From contig JBGPXN010000020.1 in assembly GCA_041492755.1 (NCBI GenBank), forward strand, positions 1-42,422: 42,422 bases of DNA, in the 5' to 3' direction. Numbering within the stretch: the first letter of the stretch is position 1; each line of letters begins with the position of its first letter. The position numbers were made by a program, and so were the translations under genes. The DNA comes from Candidatus Methylomirabilia bacterium. Its GTDB lineage: Bacteria > Methylomirabilota > Methylomirabilia > Rokubacteriales > CSP1-6. This document shows, one piece after another, positions 34,010 through 42,422 of the stretch. A model generated the notes under the pieces. The model ran no database searches and was not told where the DNA came from. It saw only the letters and a list, made by a program, of their open reading frames with translations.

Positions 34010-36325
34010 CCCGCCGCTCTGCAGCACCCGCCAGACCTTCTGGGCGGTGATCGGCATGTCCAGGTGCGTGCAGCCCCACGGCGCGAGCGCGTCGACCACC
34101 GCATTGACGATGGCTGGCGGCACCGCGATGCAGCCCGCCTCGCCCACGCCCTTGACGCCGAGTGGATTGCGCGTGGATCGGGTGACGGTCGTCTCGAGCT
34201 CCGGCTCGGGCAGATCGTCGGCGCGCGGCACCGCGTAGTCCATCAGACTGGCGGTCAGCACCTGGCCGCCCTCGTCGAAGAGAATGCCCTCGAACAGCGC
34301 CTGGCCGGCGCCCTGCGCGTAGCTGCCGTGGAGCTGCCCCTCCACCAGCAGCGGGTTCACGAGCGTGCCGGCGTCGTCCACCCAGACGACACGGCCGAGC
34401 CGCACCCGGCCGGTGTCGCGATCGACCTCGACGGTGGCCACGCACGTCCCGAAGCTCCACGTCTCGCTCTCGGCCTTGAAGAATACGCTGGCGTCGAGTC
34501 CGGGATCGTCCCCCTCGGCAAGATGCACGCCGCGATACGCGGCATCCGCGATCTGCCGCCACGCGACCGCGCGCCCGGGCACCCCGGTCACCTGAAACCC
34601 GCCGGACGCCAGTCGCACGTCGGCGGGGGCCGCCTCCAGCATCTGCGCGGCGATGCGCTGGCCCTTCTCCCGCACCACCGTGGCCGCCCGCACCAGCGCA
34701 CCGCCGGCCAGCGCGGTGCTGCGGCTGCCGAACGTGCCGAAGCCCTGCGGCGCGCCGCGCGTGTCGCCGTGACGAACGGTAACGACCGAGGGATGGACCG
34801 ACAGCACGTCGGCCACGATCTGGGCCCACGTCGTCTCGTGGCCCTGCCCGTGCGGGCTGGAGCCGGTGACGACGGTCACGCTGCCCGTGCGCTCGAACCG
34901 GACGCTGCCGCTCTCCCACCCGGCCGCCGACGGCTCGATGTACGCGCAGAGCCCGATGCCGGTGATGGCGCCCCCCGCGCGCGCCGCCGCCTGCTCCTTG
35001 CGCAGGCGCGGATAATCGGCAAGCGCCAGCGCCTTGTCGAACGCGCGCCGGTAGTCACCGGAATCGTAGACGCAGCCGGTTGCCGTGCGATACGGGAACG
35101 CGTCCGCGGGAATGAAGTTGCGCCGGCGGATCTCGGCGGGGTCGAGACCGAGCGCACGCGCGGCCTGGTCCATCAGCCGCTCGATCAAAAAGATGCCCTC
35201 GGGGCGACCCGCCCCGCGATAGGCACCCGTCGGCGGCGTGGTGGTGTACGCGCCCGCGGCGTCGATGTCGACGGCGGGGACGACGTAGGCGCCGGGCATC
35301 GTGCGCGCGTAGTTCCACGGCTGCATCGGCCCGCGCAGGTATGGCCCGAGCGGAAAGCGAATGCTCGCGCGGAGCGCGCGGATCCGTCCCTCGCCGTCCA
35401 CGGCCAGCTCACCTTCGCCGTGACCGCCGCGCCCGTGGTGGGTCACCAGCAGGTCTTCGCCGCGGGTGGCGATCCACTTCACCGGACGCGCCAGGCGCAT
35501 CGCGAGCCACGCGGCCAGCACCTCTTCGCGATAGGTCGAGCCCTTGACGCCGAACCCGCCGCCCACGTCGGGCGCCACCACGCGGAGGCGGCTCTCGTTG
35601 AACCCGAGCGACGCCGCGATGTCGGCGCGGATACGGAACGGCGCCTGCGTGGAGCACCAGACCGTCAGCTCGTCGGCCACCTTCTCGTACCGCGCGAGCA
35701 CCGACCGCGGCTCGACGGCGACGGCCGAGATCGGCGGCTGTTCCACGCGCAGCCGCACGGCCGCGGCCGCGCCCGTGAAGCCGGCGGGCACGTCGCCCGT
35801 CCGCCAGCGATGCTGGAACGCGAGGTTTCCGGGCACGCCGGAGTGCAGCGTGGGCGCCGACGGCGCCAGCGCGTCCTCCGGCTCCACCATCGGCGGCTGC
35901 GGCTGCCACTCGATGACGACACGCTCCGCGGCGTCACGCGCGATCGCCGCCGTTTCCGCGACCACCGCGGCCACCGCTTCGCCCACCGCCCATGCCACGC
36001 CATCGGCCAGGATCGGGTGCGGCGCGTGGTGGGTATTGGGGAACACTGCCGCCGATTTGAGATGACCGAGCCCCCGGACGTCGGCGCCGGTGACGACGGC
36101 GAGGACGCCCGGCAGCGCGCGGGCGGCGGCCGTGTCGATCCCCGTGATGCGCGCGTGCGCGTGCGGACTGCGGATGACGTGCAGGTACGTGGTGCCCGGC
36201 AGCACGACGTCGTCGGTGTAGTGGCCGACGCCGAGCAACAGCGGGCGGTCCTCGACCCGCTTCATTGGCCGGCCGACCCAGGGACCGCTTTCGCCGCCCG
36301 TGCCCGACGCGCCGTGACCGCTCAT
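34007..36325 (-). CDS. Xanthine dehydrogenase-family molybdopterin-binding large subunit (form II CoxL-like)
   Basis: RVEDRPLL, RSPHAHARI, VGGGFGVK, AYRGAGRPE, GQGHETT and KGVGEAG motifs; AGGAG SD; TATAAT at 36362-36357. Confidence 0.9.
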   Translation of the reverse strand: MSGHGASGTGGESGPWVGRPMKRVEDRPLLLGVGHYTDDVVLPGTTYLHVIRSPHAHARITGIDTAAARALPGVLAVVTGADVRGLGHLKSAAVFPNTHHAPHPILADGVAWAVGEAVAAVVAETAAIARDAAERVVIEWQPQPPMVEPEDALAPSAPTLHSGVPGNLAFQHRWRTGDVPAGFTGAAAAVRLRVEQPPISAVAVEPRSVLARYEKVADELTVWCSTQAPFRIRADIAASLGFNESRLRVVAPDVGGGFGVKGSTYREEVLAAWLAMRLARPVKWIATRGEDLLVTHHGRGGHGEGELAVDGEGRIRALRASIRFPLGPYLRGPMQPWNYARTMPGAYVVPAVDIDAAGAYTTTPPTGAYRGAGRPEGIFLIERLMDQAARALGLDPAEIRRRNFIPADAFPYRTATGCVYDSGDYRRAFDKALALADYPRLRKEQAAARAGGAITGIGLCAYIEPSAAGWESGSVRFERTGSVTVVTGSSPHGQGHETTWAQIVADVLSVHPSVVTVRHGDTRGAPQGFGTFGSRSTALAGGALVRAATVVREKGQRIAAQMLEAAPADVRLASGGFQVTGVPGRAVAWRQIADAAYRGVHLAEGDDPGLDASVFFKAESETWSFGTCVATVEVDRDTGRVRLGRVVWVDDAGTLVNPLLVEGQLHGSYAQGAGQALFEGILFDEGGQVLTASLMDYAVPRADDLPEPELETTVTRSTRNPLGVKGVGEAGCIAVPPAIVNAVVDALAPWGCTHLDMPITAQKVWRVLQSGG

Positions 36326-36393
36326 GACCGTCTCCTACGGATCTTCATGCCCCCGGATTATATGCGCACGGTGGTAGTAAGATGAGGTCCACC

Positions 36394-36678
36394 ATGCCCC
36401 GACGCGCGAAGATCCTGCGCTTCCCCGGAACGCCGGTGCCGGTGGCGCCGCCGACTGGCGACACGCTGGTCGAGGTGCACCGCTGCAGCCAGCCGGAGGC
36501 GATGGTGGTCCGGAGCTTCTTCGAGAGCGAAGGCCTGCCCGTCCTGCTGCAATCGCGCCTCGCCCACTCCGTGCATCCCTTCAGTGTCGGCGATCAGGGC
36601 GAGGTGGTGATCCTCGTCCCGCACCGCGAGGCCATTCGCAGCCGCCTGCTGCTCGAGCGCATCGCACCGCGATCCTAG
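36394..36678 (+). CDS. DUF2007-like small protein
   Basis: EAMVVRSFFESEGLPV...GEVVILVP pattern. ATG 36382 is an alternative start. Confidence 0.65.
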   Translation: MPRRAKILRFPGTPVPVAPPTGDTLVEVHRCSQPEAMVVRSFFESEGLPVLLQSRLAHSVHPFSVGDQGEVVILVPHREAIRSRLLLERIAPRS

Positions 36679-36683
36679 CGGCG

Positions 36684-37952
36684 GTGTTCACCCGGCGAAC
36701 GTTTCTGACAGGCGGCCTGGCGGTTGGCGCGAGCGCCGTGCTCTGTGGCCCCGGGGGCCGGGCGCGCGCGCAGGCGCCGAAGCCGTTGCTGATCGGCCTC
36801 ACCTGCGACGGCACCGGCGCGTTCGCCGCGAGCGGTCAGGCCGAGCGCCGCGGAATCATCCTCGCGATCGAGGAGCAGAACGCGCGGGGGGGCCTGCTCG
36901 GGCGGCCCCTCGAGCACGCGTGGGAGGACACCGAGAGCAATCCGGACGTCGCCGCGCGCAAGGCGCAACGCCTCATCGAGCGCGAGCGGATCGACTTCAT
37001 GATCGGCGCGCTGTCGAGCGCGGTGGCGGCGCGGCTCTCCGAGCTGGCGCAGCGCTACGGCATCGTCTACTTCAACTCGAACTGCGGTGCCGACAGCATG
37101 ACGAACGAGCGGTGCCAGCGGACCAGCTTCGCGTGGGACGCCAGCGACGAGACGTTCGCGCGGGCGACCGCGCCCCTGGTGGCGCGGTCGCTGGGCAAGC
37201 GGTGGTTGATCCTCACCCAGGCCGATGCGTGGGGCAGGAGCGTCACCGCGACCACCCGGGAGTCGATGAAGAGCGTCGGAGCGTCGGAGGCCGCCGATCT
37301 CTCCATCCCGCCGGGCACGCGCGACTTCAGCGCGCAGCTCCTTCGCATCCGGGCCACCAGGCCCCAGGTGGTAATGGCCAACCTCGCCGGCGGGGAGCAG
37401 GCGGCGCTCCGCGAGCAGGCCAGGAACTTCGGCGCGGACAGGGACGCGCACTGGGTCTTCCCGCCACTGGACTATCCGGACCTCTACGCCCTCGGCGCCC
37501 GGAGGGCCTTCGGCTACTTTGCCACGACCTGGCACCACGCCGTGACCGATCCCGGCGCTCAGGACTTCGTCCAGCGGTTCCGCCGGCGATGGACGGGCGC
37601 TCCCATCGAAGTGCCGTGCAACGTCTCGTGCAACGGCTACATCGCCGCGCGCGAGCTGTTCCGCGCCATCGAGCGCGCGGGGACCACGAAGAACCACGAC
37701 GTGATCAAGGCCCTCGAGGGCCACGTCATCACGGACAACTTCCGCAAATACCCGTCGCGCATCCGTGAGTGGGACCATCTGGTGGAACAGATGGTGTACC
37801 TGGCCAAGGCCAGGCGTGCGGACCAGATGAAGGATCGGTACGACCTCGTCGAGCCGGTCGCCGACATCGAGCCCGCCGCGATCGCCCCGCCGCGCGGCGC
37901 CAGCCGGTGCAAGATGCCGTCATTCGGCGAGACCGCGGTCTACGGCGGCTGA
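36684..37952 (+). CDS. Branched-chain amino acid-type ABC substrate-binding protein with Tat signal
   Basis: TRRTFL; AIEEQNARGGLLGRP; GALSS; DFSAQL. Confidence 0.88.
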   Translation: MFTRRTFLTGGLAVGASAVLCGPGGRARAQAPKPLLIGLTCDGTGAFAASGQAERRGIILAIEEQNARGGLLGRPLEHAWEDTESNPDVAARKAQRLIERERIDFMIGALSSAVAARLSELAQRYGIVYFNSNCGADSMTNERCQRTSFAWDASDETFARATAPLVARSLGKRWLILTQADAWGRSVTATTRESMKSVGASEAADLSIPPGTRDFSAQLLRIRATRPQVVMANLAGGEQAALREQARNFGADRDAHWVFPPLDYPDLYALGARRAFGYFATTWHHAVTDPGAQDFVQRFRRRWTGAPIEVPCNVSCNGYIAARELFRAIERAGTTKNHDVIKALEGHVITDNFRKYPSRIREWDHLVEQMVYLAKARRADQMKDRYDLVEPVADIEPAAIAPPRGASRCKMPSFGETAVYGG

Positions 37953-38007
37953 TCGCGTCACGGCGCGGCTGATCCCCGTCCTCCTCTTCCTCGGCACGCT
38001 CGCGGCC

Positions 38008-39585
38008 GTGCTTCCCGGCCTCGGCGATCAGTACGTCTGGTCCAAGGACGAGGCGCGCCCCGGGCTCGTCGCGCGCGAGATGGTCGAGGGCGGCCACTGG
38101 TTGGTGCCGCACCTCGGAGGCCGCGTCTACCCCAACAAGCCCCCACTTTTCTCCTGGCTCGTCGCCCTCGCGTCCGGCTCGCGCGTCACCGAGTGGTCCC
38201 TCCGGCTGCCCGCGGCGGTGGCGGCGGCCGGGACGGTCGCCGTCACCTACGCCATCGGCGCCCGCGCGTTCGGCGTAGCCGGCGGGCTCGTGTCGGCCGT
38301 GCTCCTCGCCTCCAGCGTGGCCTTCTTTCAGTGGGGCCGCACCGGCCGCATGGACTCGCTGGTGGTGCTCTGGATCGCCCTGGCGTTCTGGAGCCTGGGC
38401 CGCTGGCGCGCCGAGGAGCGACCGCGCGACGCCGCGCTCTTCGGGCTCTGGCTCGGCCTGGGTCTGCTGACCAAGGGTCCGATCGCGCTGGTGCCGCTCG
38501 CTGGCGCCGTCGCCGCGGGGGCCATCGTGGTGGTGCCGCTGCGGCAGCGCGTGCTTCATCTCGGCGTCGCGCTGGGGATCGCGGTCGCCACGCTGCTCGC
38601 CTGGCTCGGGGTCGCTGCCGCGGCGGCGGCGGAGTTTTGGGGATACGTCGACGCCGTGGCCGCGGCGTTCGCCGAGGACGTCGCCACGCGGCCGCCGCGG
38701 GCGTACAGCTACGGCGCGGCGACGGTACTGACCGGATTTCTCCCGTGGTCGATGGCGCTGCCCGTCGTCGCCGTGATGGTGGCTCGCGCCGGCCGGAGCG
38801 GGCGGCGAACGCTGCTCCTGCCGATCACGTGGGCGTTGGTCGTCCTCGCCCTGTTCGGGCTGTTCGTCAGTCCGCGCGAGGTACATTTCCTGCCGGTGTA
38901 TCCCGCGCTCGCGCTGCTGACAGGCTGGGCCTGGACGACCGCCTCGCCGACCGCGCGCCGATGGCTCCTCGCGGCCGGGTTGGCCATCGTGGCGAGCGGC
39001 GCCATCGCCGCCCTCGTGCTCGCGCGGCAGCGCCGCCCGCTGATCGTGCACGGTGTGCCGGTGGCCGTCACGCCCGGCGTGGGCGCGGCGCTCGTCGGGC
39101 TGGCCGTCGTCCTCGTCGTCGCGGGCGTATGGCTGGCCCGGCGCGATCGCCGCACGACGCTCGCGATCCTCGGCGGCGCCGGGGCGCTGATCTTCCTGCT
39201 CGTCACCGAGCTGGCGGTGGGGACGCCCTCGGCCAACCAGGCGCTGCCGACGCGCGAGATCGCGGCGCGATTCGCCGCGCGTCTGCCCGCCGGCGCCGAC
39301 GTGACGTACCTCGACCGGCGATTCATGACCGCGCTCATGTTCTACCTTCCGACCCGCGGTCACGAGCTGAGCCGTATGGACCTGGTGCGCCCGCTCCTGG
39401 GCCGTCCCCACCTGCACGCGCTCGTGTTGCACGCCGAGGCGGTGGCGATGGCCAACAGCATGTGCCTACCGGTGCGCGTGCGGCACCGCGAGACCCTCGA
39501 CCACGTTGCCTACGTCCTCGTGGACTTCGAGGGCCCGGCCCGTGTCTTCGTGTTCGGCGACGACTGCCTGCCCTACCTCGAGTAA
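38008..39585 (+). CDS. ArnT/PMT-like (GT-C) glycosyltransferase
   Basis: DEAR, REMVE.G.WLVP, NKPPL, RLP, LTKGP and YPALALL motifs. The hydrophobic frame continues upstream to about 37957, so the true start is uncertain. Confidence 0.85.
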   Translation: MLPGLGDQYVWSKDEARPGLVAREMVEGGHWLVPHLGGRVYPNKPPLFSWLVALASGSRVTEWSLRLPAAVAAAGTVAVTYAIGARAFGVAGGLVSAVLLASSVAFFQWGRTGRMDSLVVLWIALAFWSLGRWRAEERPRDAALFGLWLGLGLLTKGPIALVPLAGAVAAGAIVVVPLRQRVLHLGVALGIAVATLLAWLGVAAAAAAEFWGYVDAVAAAFAEDVATRPPRAYSYGAATVLTGFLPWSMALPVVAVMVARAGRSGRRTLLLPITWALVVLALFGLFVSPREVHFLPVYPALALLTGWAWTTASPTARRWLLAAGLAIVASGAIAALVLARQRRPLIVHGVPVAVTPGVGAALVGLAVVLVVAGVWLARRDRRTTLAILGGAGALIFLLVTELAVGTPSANQALPTREIAARFAARLPAGADVTYLDRRFMTALMFYLPTRGHELSRMDLVRPLLGRPHLHALVLHAEAVAMANSMCLPVRVRHRETLDHVAYVLVDFEGPARVFVFGDDCLPYLE

Positions 39586-39635
39586 CGGCCGACGAAAGAG
39601 CGCCATCCGCGGCCCTCTTCGATCGACCCGGCGCG

Positions 39636-40802
39636 CTACTTGTCGGCCGTACGAATCGCCACCGGACCGCCGTTCACCTTGACGCGCTGACCGGTGTCCT
39701 TCAGCGTGGTGCCGTCCCAGGAAAAGACCCAGTAGTCCTTCTCGACCATGTTGCCGACGAGGATCGTCTTGCCGTCGGGCGAGAAGGCCGCGCCCTGCGA
39801 CCAGCGGCCGATGGGGGCCTCGGCGATGCGCGCGAGCGTCTTGCCCGTCACGCGAACGATGACGAGCTTGCCGGCGGTGTTGAAGAACGGCGACTCCTTG
39901 GGACGGTTGCTGCCGTTGTGGACGACGACCGCGACGACGGAGCTGTCCGGCGCAATCTTGAGGCCTTCGGCCGTCGGCCCGAGAACGCCGATCGTGTCGA
40001 CGACGCGCGGCGGCTTCGCCGCGAGATCGATGAGGCTGATGCTGTCATTGTCGCCCGTGGGGCCGCCCGCGAGGCTGCCGACCACGGCGAAGGCGCCGTT
40101 CGACGCGATGTCGAGCACGATGGGCCGGACGCCGGGCGTCATGTCGCGCTTCGTGTACTCGACCTTGTTGCCATCGATCGAGAGGACCGAGACCTTGTTG
40201 TCGGCATTGCGCGACACCAGCGCCGTCTTGCCGTCGGGGGTGAACGCCACGTGCCCGCCACCGGCCTTCTCGCCGCCGACTTCCACGGTCCCCGCCGGGC
40301 TCACCGTCTTGCCCTTGATCGTGAACACCGACACGGTGCCGGCTCCGAGGTTGGAGACCAGCGCCAGGGTGCCGGAGCGATTGATGGAGACCCCGGCGGC
40401 GCCCTTACCTGCCTCGAGCCTGGCGATGACCGCCGGCGGGCTCGCCTTGAGGTCGATGACCGTGACCTGGTTGTTCGGCGTCTGCTTGGTCGGATCGGCC
40501 GGGTCGACCTTGTTCGACGCCGTCACGATGGCCAGGCTCTCGTCCGGCGTGATCGCGATGCTGAGCGGCGGGCCGGCCACGCTCACCGGCGCCTGGACCT
40601 CCCCGATCACGCGCGGGGGCGACGCCTTGAGGTCGATGACCGACACGGTGTCCGGCGGCGCGTTGGGCACCACCTTCACGACGCCGTTGTCGTTGTGCAC
40701 CTTGTTGTCGTTGGCGGACACCGCGATCTGAGCGTCCGCCCGGGGCGCGAGCGCCAGCGCGGCGAGCACAGCGGCGGGGATGAGGGCTCGGCGGATGTTC
40801 AT
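39636..40802 (-). CDS. Secreted YncE/YVTN-like beta-propeller protein
   Basis: GAGGAG SD, signal peptide, repeated blade motifs VSVIDL, AFTPDG and FSPDG. Confidence 0.85.
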   Translation of the reverse strand: MNIRRALIPAAVLAALALAPRADAQIAVSANDNKVHNDNGVVKVVPNAPPDTVSVIDLKASPPRVIGEVQAPVSVAGPPLSIAITPDESLAIVTASNKVDPADPTKQTPNNQVTVIDLKASPPAVIARLEAGKGAAGVSINRSGTLALVSNLGAGTVSVFTIKGKTVSPAGTVEVGGEKAGGGHVAFTPDGKTALVSRNADNKVSVLSIDGNKVEYTKRDMTPGVRPIVLDIASNGAFAVVGSLAGGPTGDNDSISLIDLAAKPPRVVDTIGVLGPTAEGLKIAPDSSVVAVVVHNGSNRPKESPFFNTAGKLVIVRVTGKTLARIAEAPIGRWSQGAAFSPDGKTILVGNMVEKDYWVFSWDGTTLKDTGQRVKVNGGPVAIRTADK

Positions 40803-40977
40803 CGTCGTCTCCTCTGGTCGGTGGTAAACAGCGGCTCGGGATTCAGGGCGCGTTCCAGGGCACCGCCCTGCTGGCGTATACACCCCGGGCGACGTGACCG
40901 GCAAGCGCGATCTGTGACGGTGCCGCCGGCCATGCGATGATCCGGAGCGCACTCACCCCGTCACAGGAGCGACGACG

Positions 40978-41412
40978 ATGGCTCGACTCTCTCTCACGCA
41001 GGCGACCAGGCTGGTGGAAGCCGCGCTGGCCAAGGGGCGCGCGCTGAACCTCGCGCCACTGGCGGTGGCGGTGCTCGACGATGGTGGTCACCTCAAGGCG
41101 TTCGCGCGCGAAGACGGCGCCGGCATCCTGCGCCCGCAGATCGCCATGGGCAAGGCGTGGGGCGCCCTCGGCATGGGGTTCGGCTCGCGCACGCTGGCCA
41201 AGCGCGCGGCCGACAATCCCTCGTTCTTCTCGGCGCTCTTCGCGGCGTCCGAGGGGCGCCTGTTCCCGGCGGCCGGCGGTGTCCTGATCAAGGACAAGGC
41301 CGGCGAGCTCGTCGGCGCGGTGGGCATCTCGGGTGACACGTCGGACAAGGACGAGGCCTGCGCGCTGGCCGGGATCGAGGCGGCCGGTCTCATCGGCGAG
41401 CCGGGCGCGTAG
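40978..41412 (+). CDS. GlcG/HbpS-family heme-binding protein
   Basis: AVLDDGGHL..FAREDG, KAWGA, GGVLI and GAVGISG..SDKDE motifs; AGGAG SD. Confidence 0.88.
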   Translation: MARLSLTQATRLVEAALAKGRALNLAPLAVAVLDDGGHLKAFAREDGAGILRPQIAMGKAWGALGMGFGSRTLAKRAADNPSFFSALFAASEGRLFPAAGGVLIKDKAGELVGAVGISGDTSDKDEACALAGIEAAGLIGEPGA

Positions 41413-41568
41413 CCGCGCGCCGCCATCGGGCCGCGCCGCGGCCGAAGCCCTCAGCTCGGCGGCCGGAACCAACGGGGCCCTCCGACCGTTTGGGTGTCGG
41501 AACTGTTGGCGGTGGTACCATGCCGCCGCTCAGCGCAGATCACACTCGCTCCCCGGGGGAGGACAACG

Positions 41569-42422
41569 ATGGCCGATACGGCAAGTCCCGAACTGACACG
41601 CCGCCAGGTGTTACAAGCGGGTGGGCTGACGTTCGCCGGCTACGCGCTGGCGGCGGATCCCGTGCTCGCGCAGGCGATCAAGACCGACACCGCCGGCCTC
41701 GTCGCCGGTGAGCAGGAGATCAAGATCGGCGACTACTCGCTGCCCGTCTACGAGGCGCGGCCGGCCTCGGGCAGCAATCACCCGATCATCCTGGTGATCT
41801 CGGAGATCTGGGGCATCCACGAGTACATCCGGGACAGCACGCGCCGGTTCGCCAAGGCCGGCTTCTACGCGGTCGCGCCGGAGCTCTTCAAGCGTGAGGG
41901 GGGCGTGGCCCAGCTCACCGACATCCAGGCCATCCTCAAGATCGTGCTCTCGCAGCCACGGGAGCAGACGCTCGGCGATCTCAAGGCCACCACCGACTGG
42001 GCCAAGACGCGGCCGGGCGTGAAGGCCTCGGCCATCGGTGTCACCGGCTGGTGCTGGGGCGGCTCGACCACCATGCAGGTCGCGGGCACCAACCCGGACA
42101 TGAAGGCCGCGGTCGCCTGGTACGGTCCGCCGGCCCGCCCGTATCAGGGCAAGAGCGGTCCCGTCACCGGCTTCGACCTCGTGAAGGACGTCAAGGCGCC
42201 GTTCCTCGGCCTCTTCGGCGAGACGGACAAGAACCCGTCGCCCGATGACGCCAAGAAGTTCGGCGAGCTGCTCAAGCAGAGCGGCAACCAGAACGTCGAG
42301 GTCGTCGTCTACCCGGGCGCCGGCCACGCCTTCCACGCCGACTACCGGCCGTCCTACAACGCCGAGGCGGCCAAGGACGGCTGGAACCGCTGCGTCGCCT
42401 GGTTCAAGAAGTATCTGGCGTA
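41569..42422 (+). CDS. Dienelactone hydrolase family with Tat-type signal; stop codon probably cut by the window edge
   Basis: GGAGG SD, TRRQVL, EIWG.HE, nucleophile motif GWCWGG, GHAFHADYRPSY. The frame ends at TA in 42421-42422. Absent from the ORF track. Confidence 0.9.
   Translation, partial: MADTASPELTRRQVLQAGGLTFAGYALAADPVLAQAIKTDTAGLVAGEQEIKIGDYSLPVYEARPASGSNHPIILVISEIWGIHEYIRDSTRRFAKAGFYAVAPELFKREGGVAQLTDIQAILKIVLSQPREQTLGDLKATTDWAKTRPGVKASAIGVTGWCWGGSTTMQVAGTNPDMKAAVAWYGPPARPYQGKSGPVTGFDLVKDVKAPFLGLFGETDKNPSPDDAKKFGELLKQSGNQNVEVVVYPGAGHAFHADYRPSYNAEAAKDGWNRCVAWFKKYLA

Noticed and set aside
34007..36325. Call as a true aerobic CO dehydrogenase
   Set aside because: The active-site loop is AYRGAGR (form II-like), not form I AYXCSFR, and no coxS or coxM is adjacent. 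The substrate is unknown.
1..42422. tRNA, rRNA, riboswitch, transposase or phage genes
   Set aside because: None recognised by eye. tRNAscan-SE and Rfam scans would be needed to exclude small RNAs.

Overview
Very GC-rich bacterial chromosomal segment. The gene mix and repeat types suggest Candidatus Rokubacteria / Methylomirabilota, but that is an unverified impression. It holds about 35 CDS for housekeeping, envelope and transport functions: a GAF histidine kinase (5'-truncated), amidohydrolase, ybbP-ybbA/tesA, a PilX-like protein, sterol desaturase, glnD, hisC, S58 peptidase, marR-pal, MesD-like methionine synthase, sugar ABC permeases with binding protein, rhomboid, GNAT, XdhA/CoxL-like molybdoprotein, ArnT-like transferase, a beta-propeller, GlcG and dienelactone hydrolase. 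I found no rRNA, tRNA, CRISPR or transposase. Most notable: (1) a ~237-bp highly structured MITE-like element in two full copies plus one fragment, with YTAG direct repeats and compensatory base changes, one copy apparently interrupting a gene; (2) a second modular hairpin repeat family in five copies, mostly between convergent genes; (3) a CDP-alcohol phosphatidyltransferase fused through an internal signal-peptide-like helix to a TPR/lytic transglycosylase, just downstream of glnD; (4) a Cache sensor fused through a Pro-rich linker to an ExeA-type ATPase; (5) recurrent leaderless-type promoters; (6) a shared dyad motif upstream of two Pro/Tyr/Trp-rich secreted proteins. Product calls rest on motif recognition by eye, with no database searches.
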